From a virus (taxonomy: Duplodnaviria > Caudoviricetes): a stretch of DNA of 64,000 bases. The stretch lies in IMG/VR virus record IMGVR_UViG_3300037424_000993, positions 1 to 64,000 of that record; one strand, 5' to 3'. The notes below the pieces were generated by a model, which saw nothing but the letters and a program-made list of their open reading frames with translations, was not told where the DNA came from and ran no database searches. The position numbers and the translations under genes are program-made. Positions 1-9,028 of the stretch are shown here, piece after piece (position 1 is the first letter of the stretch; the number at the start of each line of letters is the position of its first letter).

Positions 1-289
1 TGCGAAACAACAACCCTGGACGCGCTCCGAGCGACTGTTTGCGTATCAAAGAACCCCAAAACTTTGCAGCTTCTCTCGATAGCCTTGCCCGAAGTTGGCG
101 CATGGTCTCGCTGTGAGCTGTTAGCGGTGGGGCTTCGGGCCCAGGTGCATTGATTACGATCCACTCCCGCCTTGTGTTGGGCGTCGTGTCGCCACCGCGC
201 CCGCAGAATGAGCAGTACACTCCGGGCACTCCACATCCAGTGCCGCAGTAGTGGTACTGGACAGTTGGTCCGTTGCTAATGGCAATCAC
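1..289 (-). CDS. Hypothetical protein, runs off window edge
   Basis: GTG at 289 overlaps the upstream TGA; the frame stays open to position 1; Cys-rich N-terminus. Confidence 0.35.
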   Translation of the reverse strand, partial: MIAISNGPTVQYHYCGTGCGVPGVYCSFCGRGGDTTPNTRREWIVINAPGPEAPPLTAHSETMRQLRARLSREAAKFWGSLIRKQSLGARPGLLFR

Positions 290-486
290 ATCGCCCTCCA
301 ACACCCCTGGCACAACACCCCAACCAGCCTACCGCCTCGCCACAATAGCGCACGGTCGCTGTTCTGCCGTTGGGGCCTGCGGCAGAGGAAGCACGGGTGA
401 GTTCCGAGGCGCGGGCGCGGGTGGTTGAATTCGGATGGGTGGGGTTTCGCATTACGTCTCCTAGTTGTCCCAGAGTTCTTCGTCAT
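286..486 (-). CDS. Small CxxC...CxxC protein
   Basis: CFLC and CQGC motifs; stop overlaps the next start; start uncertain. Confidence 0.35.
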   Translation of the reverse strand: MTKNSGTTRRRNAKPHPSEFNHPRPRLGTHPCFLCRRPQRQNSDRALLWRGGRLVGVLCQGCWRAM

Positions 487-1501
487 CGGTTCCGTTTTCG
501 CGCGCCATCTCGTCCGCCATCTGCTCTAAGCGTTCTTGTTCAGCGTCCTTCACTGCGTCGAAACAAGCGGAGTTATCGTCCCACTTCATAGAGTAGAAAC
601 GCTTCGCCACACCGTTCTTCACCTTGTCGAGTAGTACGGCGCGCTTTCCTGGTTCCACTCGCCACCCTCCGTGCTTGCTCTTGATGCCGTTCTCGGGCAC
701 GAAACCTAAAGCCACAACTTCCGCTGCGTTCGATACGTCGCGCGAGTCGCGAATCGAGTGCTTATCGGGATGCTTCTTGCCGCCCTTTGCGTCGCTGACC
801 GTGATCTGACTGTAGATGACACCAGCAATGTTCTCGCTCTTGACCGCATCAGTGAGCACGCGGGCTATATACGTTAGCGAATTGCGTCGGTCCTGTTGTG
901 CCCTTTGGTTGTCGAATGCCTGAAGGTAGTCGTAGAGCACAAGATCGATCTTCTCGAGCCGGATCAATTTCTTAACCTGCTGCCCTGCCCATTCTGCGCT
1001 CTTGCCACGAGCGTCGAGGAACACCGGAACGTCTTCGGATACTGCTGCTACTCGTGCCACCTGCGCTTGTTCGTAGTCATTGAGGTTTTTCAATAGCAGC
1101 CGTGACGCATTCACGCGGGAACGCCGGCACATCAAACGATCGCCGTAGAGCGATTCTGCGTCTTCCGCAGACACGATGAGACACCGTTTGCCAGCTTTAA
1201 TATTCTCGTCAACGAGCATCACGCCGAGAGAGCTCTTGCCCCAGCTGGTGTCAGCTCCAAACACCCAAACGAATCCAGGCATGACGCCGCCGGTGTCGTT
1301 GTCGATTTCAGCGTGCCCGAACGTGCACACCTTTACTCGCTCTGACTTTGCCCGTTCTTCGGCGCCCTGCAACAGCTGACGAACCGTCAATAGACGCTTC
1401 GCGTCGTCGTCGGCTCTGCGCGCTGCATCTGTTATTGGTACGAGCTTACCGCCTACTCCGCCAGATTGGTGCTGCTCTGCCAGGTCTTTCTCGTTGCTCA
1501 C
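461..1501 (-). CDS. DnaB-like replicative helicase (ATPase domain)
   Basis: Walker A GADTSWGKSS, Walker B LVLYDYLQ, IYSQ motif; follows the primase. Confidence 0.85.
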   Translation of the reverse strand: MSNEKDLAEQHQSGGVGGKLVPITDAARRADDDAKRLLTVRQLLQGAEERAKSERVKVCTFGHAEIDNDTGGVMPGFVWVFGADTSWGKSSLGVMLVDENIKAGKRCLIVSAEDAESLYGDRLMCRRSRVNASRLLLKNLNDYEQAQVARVAAVSEDVPVFLDARGKSAEWAGQQVKKLIRLEKIDLVLYDYLQAFDNQRAQQDRRNSLTYIARVLTDAVKSENIAGVIYSQITVSDAKGGKKHPDKHSIRDSRDVSNAAEVVALGFVPENGIKSKHGGWRVEPGKRAVLLDKVKNGVAKRFYSMKWDDNSACFDAVKDAEQERLEQMADEMARENGTDDEELWDN

Positions 1502-2529
1502 GCGCTAGCCCTCCATCGCCACAGCTTTCGCTTTGGCCCAAGTGTTTCTTCGATCGCATCCGCGTACCGATCACCAGCGTGGTCGTTGTCGGTAGCTATT
1601 GCCACGCTGGTTCCGGCAGGAACAGCTCGCGCAAAGTCCTGCGTCCAGCTACCAGAACCAATCCCAATAACGGCCACGCCAGGGCGCCACGACGTGCACG
1701 CTACCAAAAAGTCCGGTTCACCTTCGACTATGACGAGTTCAAGCGGGCATACCTGACGACGCAGCATCCCAAGAGCCATGCGGTTTGCGAGAACCAGTCC
1801 AGACGCCTTACGCCCCGCCGGGGGAAGACGTTTCGGCGTGTCCCCTTCGATGACGCGCCACGCGCGCACGCTCTTAAACACGCCACAATGATCAAATACC
1901 CGAAGCAGCACCCGGTGCCCCGTACGTGTCCAAGGCTTACCACGATAGCGCGCCCACTCCGGAAGTTCAGTCCCGTCTGGTATCGATCGAGCCAAGTCGC
2001 GCAAACTAACCTCTACAGGATCGATCTTCCGTTTGACGAGCACCCGCGATCCGTCGCGGTCATCCTCCACTGGTACACTCGTGGACCAGAGCTCTTCGAG
2101 TTCTGCGGATTCCGGATACTCGGGGTCAGGTACGGGTGCCGGGACTGGGACGGGCCGCCGTTCGAGTGGGACATCGTCCGGGCGTCTGAGCTGGTAGGCC
2201 AACTCAAGAAGCCCTGCCGCCTCAGCCCCAGCGATCAGCACCTCGCGAAATTGGTCACCGCGCGTCGATAGACCGTGCACCATCGCGATGACGCCGATCG
2301 CGTCCGCAGACCAGTCGCAACTGAAACACCGAGCTCGCGCCGTTCCGTCCGGCCCCCTCGAGATGCTACAGCTTGGGTCGCGGTCGCCGTGAGCTGGGCA
2401 GCACACTAGTACGTATCCGTGCTGTGGCTTAGCGCCTTTCTCGAGACCCATAACGCGCACCAAGCGCATAGGGTCACTTAGCGCGTTTCGAATGTCGCGC
2501 ACAGCTTCCGAGAATTCGATCCGTGTCAC
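1498..2529 (-). CDS. DNA primase-like protein (Zn-binding + TOPRIM)
   Basis: CPAH...CFSC zinc finger; VEGEPD and DNDHAG TOPRIM motifs. Confidence 0.85.
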   Translation of the reverse strand: MTRIEFSEAVRDIRNALSDPMRLVRVMGLEKGAKPQHGYVLVCCPAHGDRDPSCSISRGPDGTARARCFSCDWSADAIGVIAMVHGLSTRGDQFREVLIAGAEAAGLLELAYQLRRPDDVPLERRPVPVPAPVPDPEYPESAELEELWSTSVPVEDDRDGSRVLVKRKIDPVEVSLRDLARSIPDGTELPEWARYRGKPWTRTGHRVLLRVFDHCGVFKSVRAWRVIEGDTPKRLPPAGRKASGLVLANRMALGMLRRQVCPLELVIVEGEPDFLVACTSWRPGVAVIGIGSGSWTQDFARAVPAGTSVAIATDNDHAGDRYADAIEETLGPKRKLWRWRASA

Positions 2530-3296
2530 GCGGTTGCCCTCCCGGTTTCGTCGACTTCGATGGCTCCGTCGGTGTCTTCCACCGGATCAAGACTTGCCAG
2601 AATTTCTCGTCGCCTCCGAGGATCTCGCCACGAACCACGGACAACCTTGATCACTGTCGTTCGCCACTGCTCAGCGAAGCGCTCGGTGCCAGGTGACGCT
2701 GGCTCAGCCACCCAGTCAGCGACTGCCCGGTCCACGAACTCACGTGGCGCCATCAGGTCAACTTCGAGTTGCCTCTTGTCGCTTTCAGTTAGCGGGTCGG
2801 TTTCTGGCTTCGAAACCCTGAGGGGGGTAGGGGGGTGATCATGATCACCTGGATCGGGATCGGGATCGGGATCGGGGTTGAAATTCGCTTGGATGTTTGC
2901 TTCCGGAGTGCTTGGTGTTTGCTCAAGCAATTGCTTGGACGTTTGCTTGCGTTTTGCTGACCGTTTTCCACCTCGTTTGCCTGCCTCTGACCTTGCTTTT
3001 TTGATTGCCTCCGCCCTGTCCGCGCTGATGTTCCACTCCAAGAAATCATGAATCATCCAGCCGCTTTCCGTCTCTTCCCAGAGTCCGCGATCAACAAGTT
3101 GATCGATTGCGTTAGCTAGTGCCTTGCCGCGCGGTACAGATGGCCAGGTTTGCGGCAACTCACGGTCGACTCGGCCATCGGTCCCGTTCGCGCAACATTC
3201 CAAGAGGCCGGTAACGTGTAGACGCCAGACACGGTCGTGAAGCGGAGCGACCTTACGGTGCCTGTGGAACCGGTCATCGAGACGAAGCCAGCTCAA
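2526..3296 (-). CDS. Phage replication initiator-like protein
   Basis: MSWLRLDDRFHRHRKV N-terminus typical of phage initiators; PD-repeat linker; internal iterons; TTG start after GGAGGG. Confidence 0.7.
   Translation of the reverse strand: MSWLRLDDRFHRHRKVAPLHDRVWRLHVTGLLECCANGTDGRVDRELPQTWPSVPRGKALANAIDQLVDRGLWEETESGWMIHDFLEWNISADRAEAIKKARSEAGKRGGKRSAKRKQTSKQLLEQTPSTPEANIQANFNPDPDPDPDPGDHDHPPTPLRVSKPETDPLTESDKRQLEVDLMAPREFVDRAVADWVAEPASPGTERFAEQWRTTVIKVVRGSWRDPRRRREILASLDPVEDTDGAIEVDETGRATA
2887..2948. repeat. Three iteron-like direct repeats GCTTGG(A)YGTTTGCT, candidate origin
   Basis: Copies start at 2887, 2910 and 2933 (23-bp period) inside the initiator gene. Confidence 0.6.
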
Positions 3297-3796
3297 ACCG
3301 CTGCCCTCCATTGAACACGATTGCACGCGTGCGCCCAGTCCTCTGCAGGGTCGTAGTCTCCGACGTGGGCGTTTCCCCAGCCGTCTCCGCATGCCCTGCA
3401 GCGCCACGACAGCTCACGGCAAAGCACCGAGACCTCGCCACAGGATAGGCACCTGAAAAGCTCTGCCTGGCCCCACAACGGCTCGCCATCGTGCCACTCA
3501 AGCAGGCGACCGACCTCAGGTGTCCGATTCGGAGCGCAGAGTATCAACGCCTCGCGATTCCACCCGGACACCTCAACCTTGGATTCGGCGAGTGCTACCT
3601 CCTCCACTGGGCCCTTGATCTCGAGGAGCAGTGGACCGGCAGGGAATCGCACGATGAAGTCAGGTATGTATCCCTCAAGATCCACGGGTTCGTATTCCCA
3701 ATTCCAACCGACCCGCTCAAAGAACGCAGCGAACGCTGCCTCTGTGCGGCTTCGAAAATTGACACCCTCGTAGGTTGTTGGAATTCCCTTAATCAC
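3293..3796 (-). CDS. PD-(D/E)xK nuclease-like protein
   Basis: FRSRTEA..WEYEP..YIPDF..LLEIKG; GTG start after GAGGAGG. Confidence 0.7.
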   Translation of the reverse strand: MIKGIPTTYEGVNFRSRTEAAFAAFFERVGWNWEYEPVDLEGYIPDFIVRFPAGPLLLEIKGPVEEVALAESKVEVSGWNREALILCAPNRTPEVGRLLEWHDGEPLWGQAELFRCLSCGEVSVLCRELSWRCRACGDGWGNAHVGDYDPAEDWAHACNRVQWRAAV

Positions 3797-3980
3797 GTTT
3801 ACCTCCTCGCGCACACCGCGCCGAACAATGCTCTCGCCCATGCGTCGCCCGGATGCCGCCAAACCGCCTCCCGCATACGACCCAGGCAGGCCAGGTGGAG
3901 CAGACGGGCGTCTCGACGGTGAGAGCCTGATAGCCGAGTTGCCGAAGCAGCTCGGGTGTGTATGTGATACCGTGGCTCAT
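3789..3980 (-). CDS. Small hypothetical protein
   Basis: ATG overlaps the ruvC-like stop; its stop overlaps the next start region. Confidence 0.45.
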   Translation of the reverse strand: MSHGITYTPELLRQLGYQALTVETPVCSTWPAWVVCGRRFGGIRATHGREHCSARCARGGKRD

Positions 3981-4459
3981 CGTCTCGCCCCTGGCTGCGT
4001 CGCCCCGGCAATAGCAATCGCTATCGAATCGCTGCGGTCCAGCCCGATACGCTCCGGAACACCGCGGACCATCCGCTTCACCCATTCGCGGACTTGCCGT
4101 TTGCTGGACCGTCCTGACCCAGTGATGCGCTTTCGCCAAGTTGCCGGCATGACCTCGACGAACGGGATGCGGCGTTGTGTGGCGAAGAGCTGGACGGCGC
4201 CGTTGACCCGCAGGATGTCAGCCGACCCATACTGGCTTTTTACGCCGCCCTTGGCCGCCCCCGGGGTGAACATCCAGCTGACGTTTTCGGTCGAGCAGCA
4301 TTTCACGTCGAATGGACAGTCTGCGAGGTATGACATCAGGTCATCCAGTGATCGCAACACAGGACTGTCGAGCAGGGCCCAGCCCTTCGACGACCGCTCG
4401 ATGATGCCGACGGCTGGGCTCGATAGGCCCGGGTCGGAGCCTAGGGAAATGAAACTCAC
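3977..4459 (-). CDS. RuvC-like Holliday junction resolvase
   Basis: LGSDPGL (motif I), STENV, P..W+K..TGSG..SK, DRSDSIAIA. Confidence 0.8.
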   Translation of the reverse strand: MSFISLGSDPGLSSPAVGIIERSSKGWALLDSPVLRSLDDLMSYLADCPFDVKCCSTENVSWMFTPGAAKGGVKSQYGSADILRVNGAVQLFATQRRIPFVEVMPATWRKRITGSGRSSKRQVREWVKRMVRGVPERIGLDRSDSIAIAIAGATQPGARR

Positions 4460-5472
4460 GCTGGCTCCTTGAGCATCTCAAACATATCAACCTGTCGCGC
4501 CGGCTCTGGCTTGATGCACGCCGGGCTGAACCAGATGCACTCAAGATCAGTCGTTTCCTTGCCCGCGTATGTGCTTGCACCGCGTGACCACTGGACAGCG
4601 TCCCACCCGGGCAAGTCGTAGTCACCGACGTGGCCGCAGATGGCCACGCGCAAACCGGCATTATCTCGAGCCCAGGAGGCAACCTCGTCAGCAACGGGGG
4701 CTGAGTCGCCGTACAGTTTTTCATATCCGCAATAGGGAGGATCGAGAAACACTGCCGTTTTTTTGCCGCCGTAGTGACTATTTAGGCACCGATCCCAGTT
4801 ACCGTGAACAACGCGAACCCGCCCGAGTCGAGCAGCTAATTTCGTGAGCGCCACGTGAGCAGCAGCGCCGCCGCTGGTCAGATAACCCCTACCGGCGTCG
4901 CTAACGTGAGGGACCTTACCGAGCGCTTGGACACCCCTACCGGCGTTGCTAACGTGAGGGACCTGACCGAGCGCTTGGACGCCCATACCGGCGTCGCTAA
5001 CGTGAGGGACCTGACCGAGCGCTTGGACGCCCACGCCGGCGTTGGTAACCTTGAACCAGTCACACCATCCGGACCCGATCCAGCAGCATTGTCCCCAGAG
5101 CCACCACCCGGCAACCTGAGGATCCCCGGGCCACTCCGGATCTTGAAGAGCATCAGCGAGCCTATCCCGTTGCTCCATGAGCCACCGATGTCTGGCACCC
5201 AGGTCAACGTGACTGACTGGATAATCAGCGTGTTCCGCTACCGCTTCCGGTTGATACTTTGTGGCTCGCCAGAAGTTTGCAACGAAACCGTTAGCGTCAC
5301 CGATTACCTCCAGCTCAGCCTCGCGTGGCGCCGCTAGCAGCATGGCAGCACTGAAGCAGAACGGCTCGATATAGTGCTTCGGTTTACCGAGACGCTGCCA
5401 AACTAGACCAGTAACGAGACGCTTACCTCCAAATGCAGGGAATGGTGCTTTCATGGTTGATCGCTCGCTCAC
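4456..5472 (-). CDS. DNA adenine methyltransferase (Dam/D12-like) with internal tandem repeat
   Basis: PFPAFGGK, YIEPF, C-terminal FLDPPY. Confidence 0.85.
   Translation of the reverse strand: MSERSTMKAPFPAFGGKRLVTGLVWQRLGKPKHYIEPFCFSAAMLLAAPREAELEVIGDANGFVANFWRATKYQPEAVAEHADYPVSHVDLGARHRWLMEQRDRLADALQDPEWPGDPQVAGWWLWGQCCWIGSGWCDWFKVTNAGVGVQALGQVPHVSDAGMGVQALGQVPHVSNAGRGVQALGKVPHVSDAGRGYLTSGGAAAHVALTKLAARLGRVRVVHGNWDRCLNSHYGGKKTAVFLDPPYCGYEKLYGDSAPVADEVASWARDNAGLRVAICGHVGDYDLPGWDAVQWSRGASTYAGKETTDLECIWFSPACIKPEPARQVDMFEMLKEPA
4886..5043. repeat. In-frame 48-bp tandem repeat (about 3.3 copies, 16 aa each)
   Basis: Units start at 4890, 4938, 4986 and 5034; they encode (N/D)AGxGVQALG(Q/K)VPHVS. 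Confidence 0.9.
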
Positions 5473-6017
5473 TCCGCCACCTCGCGAAACTCTCGCCTCA
5501 AACGAAGCCTAGAGCTCGCCCTCTCTTCAATTTGCCTCGCCCGCTCGCGTGTAACCGCCATGGCCTCCCCAACCTCGTCAAGCGTCATCCCGCCGCGCTG
5601 AGCATGGTCAAGCGCGCAATTGCCGCGGCGCCACTTGTCGATGTCCTCGCTGCCATACACAAGCGTGATGGTCCCGTTGCGCGGGTTCACGTCGACCGCT
5701 AGGTTCCATTTGCAGGTCGCGAAAGGGCAGGGTCGAGGCGAGGTGAAGCAGCCAAGTCGCGTTTCGGGGCGCTCTGAAGGCCCAAGTAGTGCCAACGACC
5801 GGCGCGCTTGCGCCTTTTCGGCCAGCGTTGCGCGAGTCGTGCGGATCGTGCGACTGACTTGGGACTGTCGCGGTCGTTTGTCGCGGTATGAGAGGCGTTC
5901 GCAGTGGATGCATCGGGCCTGCCTTCCGTCGCGCCCCTTGCGGTTCTTGTAGTATTCCTTTAGCGGCCTGGGGATTCCGCAGCGGGAGCAGGGTTTGGTC
6001 TTTAGGGGTGGCGTCAT
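5469..6017 (-). CDS. Zn-finger plus sigma-70 region-4-like HTH protein
   Basis: CSRC...CIHC at the N-terminus; MTLDEVGEAMAVTRERARQIE at the C-terminus. Confidence 0.75.
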   Translation of the reverse strand: MTPPLKTKPCSRCGIPRPLKEYYKNRKGRDGRQARCIHCERLSYRDKRPRQSQVSRTIRTTRATLAEKAQARRSLALLGPSERPETRLGCFTSPRPCPFATCKWNLAVDVNPRNGTITLVYGSEDIDKWRRGNCALDHAQRGGMTLDEVGEAMAVTRERARQIEERASSRLRLRREFREVAE

Positions 6018-6775
6018 ACTGGCACCTCGAACAGAGAGCGCGTGAACGACCCAGCAGCGTCGACAAATTTTTGCTCAAGCTCCCACCCGACGAATCGTCG
6101 CCCTTCCGTTGTGGCAGCTCGACCGGTACTCCCGCTACCAGCGTACGGATCGGCTACCAGGTCACCACGGCTGGAGTACGTGCGAACCAGGTGCGCTAGT
6201 AAACCCTCGGGCTTTTGCTGGGGGTGCACGCGCTTACCGTGTCGGTTGTTAGGCACGCAGGGGAAGTCCAGGACGCTGACGGGGAAGCGGTCCATCTCAC
6301 CAGCGCGGGACCTAGTTGCCTTTGCGCCTTTCCCATAGTTGGCGCCATGGTTCGATTTCAGGTCGTCGCCGAGCCTGGGACGATTCGCAGAAATCGGAAC
6401 CGCACCCGTCCACATCTGCGGGTGGTATGCGCCCTTCTCACGCCAGAATACCAGCACGAACTCATGTGCGCGCAGAGGGCGACTCTCCGCGTTGTAGAAA
6501 CCGGTCGCTAGACTCTTCCTCCACACCAAGTCATACCGGTACGCCTCCGGTTCGACCTCGATCGCCCGCATCGCGAACTTGAGACTCGAAGCCATGAGCA
6601 CCGCAATCCCTGTCGGCTTGAGCGCGTGCCAGACGGCTGGGAAAAGAGCGTCCAGGTCAGCCTGCTTGTCGAATGGGGCAGCTGTCTCTCCCGATGGTAA
6701 ATCGCTCAGCACTAGGTCCACGGAACCAGCCTCAAGCGCAGCAAGGCCCAATGGGCCGTCCCCGAGGTGAATCAC
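6014..6775 (-). CDS. N6/N4 DNA methyltransferase, beta class
   Basis: Motif IV-like DLPS, HPQQKP, motif I DPYAGSGST, GWEL. Confidence 0.8.
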   Translation of the reverse strand: MIHLGDGPLGLAALEAGSVDLVLSDLPSGETAAPFDKQADLDALFPAVWHALKPTGIAVLMASSLKFAMRAIEVEPEAYRYDLVWRKSLATGFYNAESRPLRAHEFVLVFWREKGAYHPQMWTGAVPISANRPRLGDDLKSNHGANYGKGAKATRSRAGEMDRFPVSVLDFPCVPNNRHGKRVHPQQKPEGLLAHLVRTYSSRGDLVADPYAGSGSTGRAATTEGRRFVGWELEQKFVDAAGSFTRSLFEVPV

Positions 6776-7359
6776 TCAGCCGCCCTTTCCGCAGTATGCT
6801 CTTCGACCACATCGCTAGCTCTAACCTGCTCCAAAGCCTCCGCCGCAGGCGCCTCGTGGCCCCACCGATCCCACCCTTCACGTGCCTGCCGAGCAAACAT
6901 TTCGAGATAGGGACCCTTCGACCGTTGCTCAATCAACTCGTACGCCTCCGGTGGCTTGCGCGAATGCACACGCTCCCGCATGCCAGTCTCCAGCACGCTC
7001 GTTAGCGACTTGGTTTCAGTGCGCACTGCCACGCCGGAGCCGCGTACAAAGAACAGCAAGAGCTCGTGCTTCCCTCGGAAATACTGGCCCAAACCAGCGC
7101 GCGGCTTGGGCCACACCACGTTTGTTACGTAGCGAAACCCGAGGGCACCACCAAGCCAGAGGCCGTCTGGGAGGTAATTGTTGCTCACCCACATGTAGAG
7201 GTGTGCGTTAGGCGCTGGACGCCAGACACCAGAGCCGATGATTACGCTAGGCATGTCGCGCACATTGAGCAGCGAGTAGTGCCGGTCAGCTCCGCGCTTG
7301 ATTTTGCCGCCGCCACGCTCTGGCCACGGCGGGTCAAGTAGCGTTGTTGAGTAGCTCAC
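6772..7359 (-). CDS. MT-A70 family adenine methyltransferase
   Basis: LDPPW, HSRKP, LEMFAR, WGHEA motifs. Confidence 0.88.
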   Translation of the reverse strand: MSYSTTLLDPPWPERGGGKIKRGADRHYSLLNVRDMPSVIIGSGVWRPAPNAHLYMWVSNNYLPDGLWLGGALGFRYVTNVVWPKPRAGLGQYFRGKHELLLFFVRGSGVAVRTETKSLTSVLETGMRERVHSRKPPEAYELIEQRSKGPYLEMFARQAREGWDRWGHEAPAAEALEQVRASDVVEEHTAERAAE

Positions 7360-7862
7360 AGCCCACCAACCTTCTCTCGCAGCCGAACAATCTCCTCAGC
7401 GAGCACCACCCGGACCGGGCGCGAATCGGTCGGTGACAACGACGCCAACAACCGCTCCAGCGTCCCTATCTCAGTCGCGAGCAGCAGTCTGTTCAGCTCC
7501 TCACCGTTGACGCCGTTCTCAGCGTTGCGGGTCAAGCCAGGATACTCGCTGCGTTCCAGCAGGTGCCAACGTTGCGCGTGCGGCCGTTTTGCCATCTTTT
7601 CAGCATCCTGCGCGAGAAACCGGGCCAACGTTTCGGGGCTTATCCCGCTCTCGATCTCAACCACATCGACCATTGCATCCGGGTCCCACTGCGCGAAGTT
7701 GTGCGACTCAAACATCACCTGAATTTGCTGACCGCAGCGTGTCCAGCCGCGGGTCGCTATCTCGTTCACAAATGGCTCACCGCCATTAATCGTACAGTAA
7801 ATGCCGTGATTGTACGGCGTCACGTCGATTGCGCGTTTCTGAACGATTGTTGGCTCACTCAC
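7356..7862 (-). CDS. Hypothetical protein
   Basis: ORF in the coupled operon; GTG at 7862 overlaps the upstream gene end. Confidence 0.55.
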   Translation of the reverse strand: MSEPTIVQKRAIDVTPYNHGIYCTINGGEPFVNEIATRGWTRCGQQIQVMFESHNFAQWDPDAMVDVVEIESGISPETLARFLAQDAEKMAKRPHAQRWHLLERSEYPGLTRNAENGVNGEELNRLLLATEIGTLERLLASLSPTDSRPVRVVLAEEIVRLREKVGGL

Positions 7863-8040
7863 GATGCACCTCACTTTCCCGCCGCGCCTCAACCGCAGCA
7901 GCATATCTCTCCAAAAGCACGCAAGCCGGCACGCGCCTGTCTTCGCCGTCGTCAAGCAGGACGCCCAGCTCTCTCACGACAGCTAGGCGCTGAGCATCAG
8001 TTAGCTCAGTGTGACGTACTAGCGGGTGGTGCACGGTCAC
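7855..8040 (-). CDS. Hypothetical protein
   Basis: GTG overlaps the HNH stop (GTGA). Confidence 0.45.
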   Translation of the reverse strand: MTVHHPLVRHTELTDAQRLAVVRELGVLLDDGEDRRVPACVLLERYAAAVEARRESEVHRE

Positions 8041-8450
8041 TGAAACAACTCCCCGCAAGCCTTGCGGCTTCGCCGTGTATTCGCGGCCTCGCGCTGGTGG
8101 TGCTCCCGGTCGTGCGCCAGGTGACAGCGCTGGCAGAGCGCCCTGAGGTTGTCGTCGCGACAGTCCGACGGGTCGTGGTTCGTATGTGACACGGTCAGCA
8201 CCACGCGCACCGGCTTACCCGTGAATTCCCCGTACCAAGTGCCGAGCTCTTCACCTGTCTCTGCGTTGCAGATCATAAGGTCATCCCGCTGATACGTGCC
8301 CGCGTCGTTTCCTGTGCCGCGTAGAATAGTCTCGCCGTTCTTGGCCCCGCACTGCTCGCACTTGTTGCCAGCACGCTCGTTCCGGATGCGCAGCGAGATG
8401 CGCTTCCAGTCCTTGGGATAACGCGCGCGGTTTTCTGGTTTTATGGGCAT
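8037..8450 (-). CDS. HNH endonuclease
   Basis: CEQC, LTVSHTNH, NLRALCQRCH. Confidence 0.85.
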   Translation of the reverse strand: MPIKPENRARYPKDWKRISLRIRNERAGNKCEQCGAKNGETILRGTGNDAGTYQRDDLMICNAETGEELGTWYGEFTGKPVRVVLTVSHTNHDPSDCRDDNLRALCQRCHLAHDREHHQREAANTRRSRKACGELFQ

Positions 8451-9028
8451 TACACCTCCAAGTCCGGGATCTCCGGTGCGGCCAAGCGCCGCTCTTCCGC
8501 AGCCTTCGCAAGGTCGACCAGCTTCCGTACGCGCTCTGCGAATTCGTGGTCGTGCACCATGCGACGCGCGACGTTGCGCTCGGCGGACATCACGGTTGTG
8601 TGGTCAAATCCGAGCGCAAACCCAATCGACGGGAAGCTCCAGCGGGGCACGCTCCCGTGCCGCGACACGTAAAACATCACATGTCGCGGCTCGATGAGCT
8701 CCTTGAAGCGACGACCCTCGAGCAAGTGATCGCTACCTAGCGCGTAGGCGTCGGCGACGATGTACGCGATATGGAGCGCGCGCTGGCGCAGCGGTGACTG
8801 CTCTGGTGAAAGCATGGCCCGCTTCTCGCGCTTGTAGTCCGTGCGTTTCCTGACCGCGCCAGGGTGGTCAACGTAGGGGCGCGAGATGTGCGTCGGGTCC
8901 TGATGGATCAGCGCCTTCGGTCGGAGTGGCCGAAGCGCTCCGAGCCCGTCGTAGTGGCGACAGGTCGACACCACACACTGTCCATCGAGCATGTCGTGTT
9001 CGCAGCGTTCGTTGACTGCCTGTGTCAT
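8450..9028 (-). CDS. Protein with DnaA C-terminal (domain IV) HTH
   Basis: RHVMFY..SFPSIGFALGFDHTTVMSA matches the DnaA_C RDHTTV signature. Confidence 0.75.
   Translation of the reverse strand: MTQAVNERCEHDMLDGQCVVSTCRHYDGLGALRPLRPKALIHQDPTHISRPYVDHPGAVRKRTDYKREKRAMLSPEQSPLRQRALHIAYIVADAYALGSDHLLEGRRFKELIEPRHVMFYVSRHGSVPRWSFPSIGFALGFDHTTVMSAERNVARRMVHDHEFAERVRKLVDLAKAAEERRLAAPEIPDLEV

Noticed and set aside
1348-2271. 307-aa plus-strand ORF
   Set aside because: Shadow of the primase gene; Arg-rich, with no recognisable domain.
2851-2877. GGGATC contingency microsatellite
   Set aside because: An in-frame hexamer encoding a Pro-Asp linker common in phage initiators; slippage would not shift the frame.
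4886-5043. CRISPR-like repeats
   Set aside because: Units are contiguous, in frame inside a CDS, and have no unique spacers.
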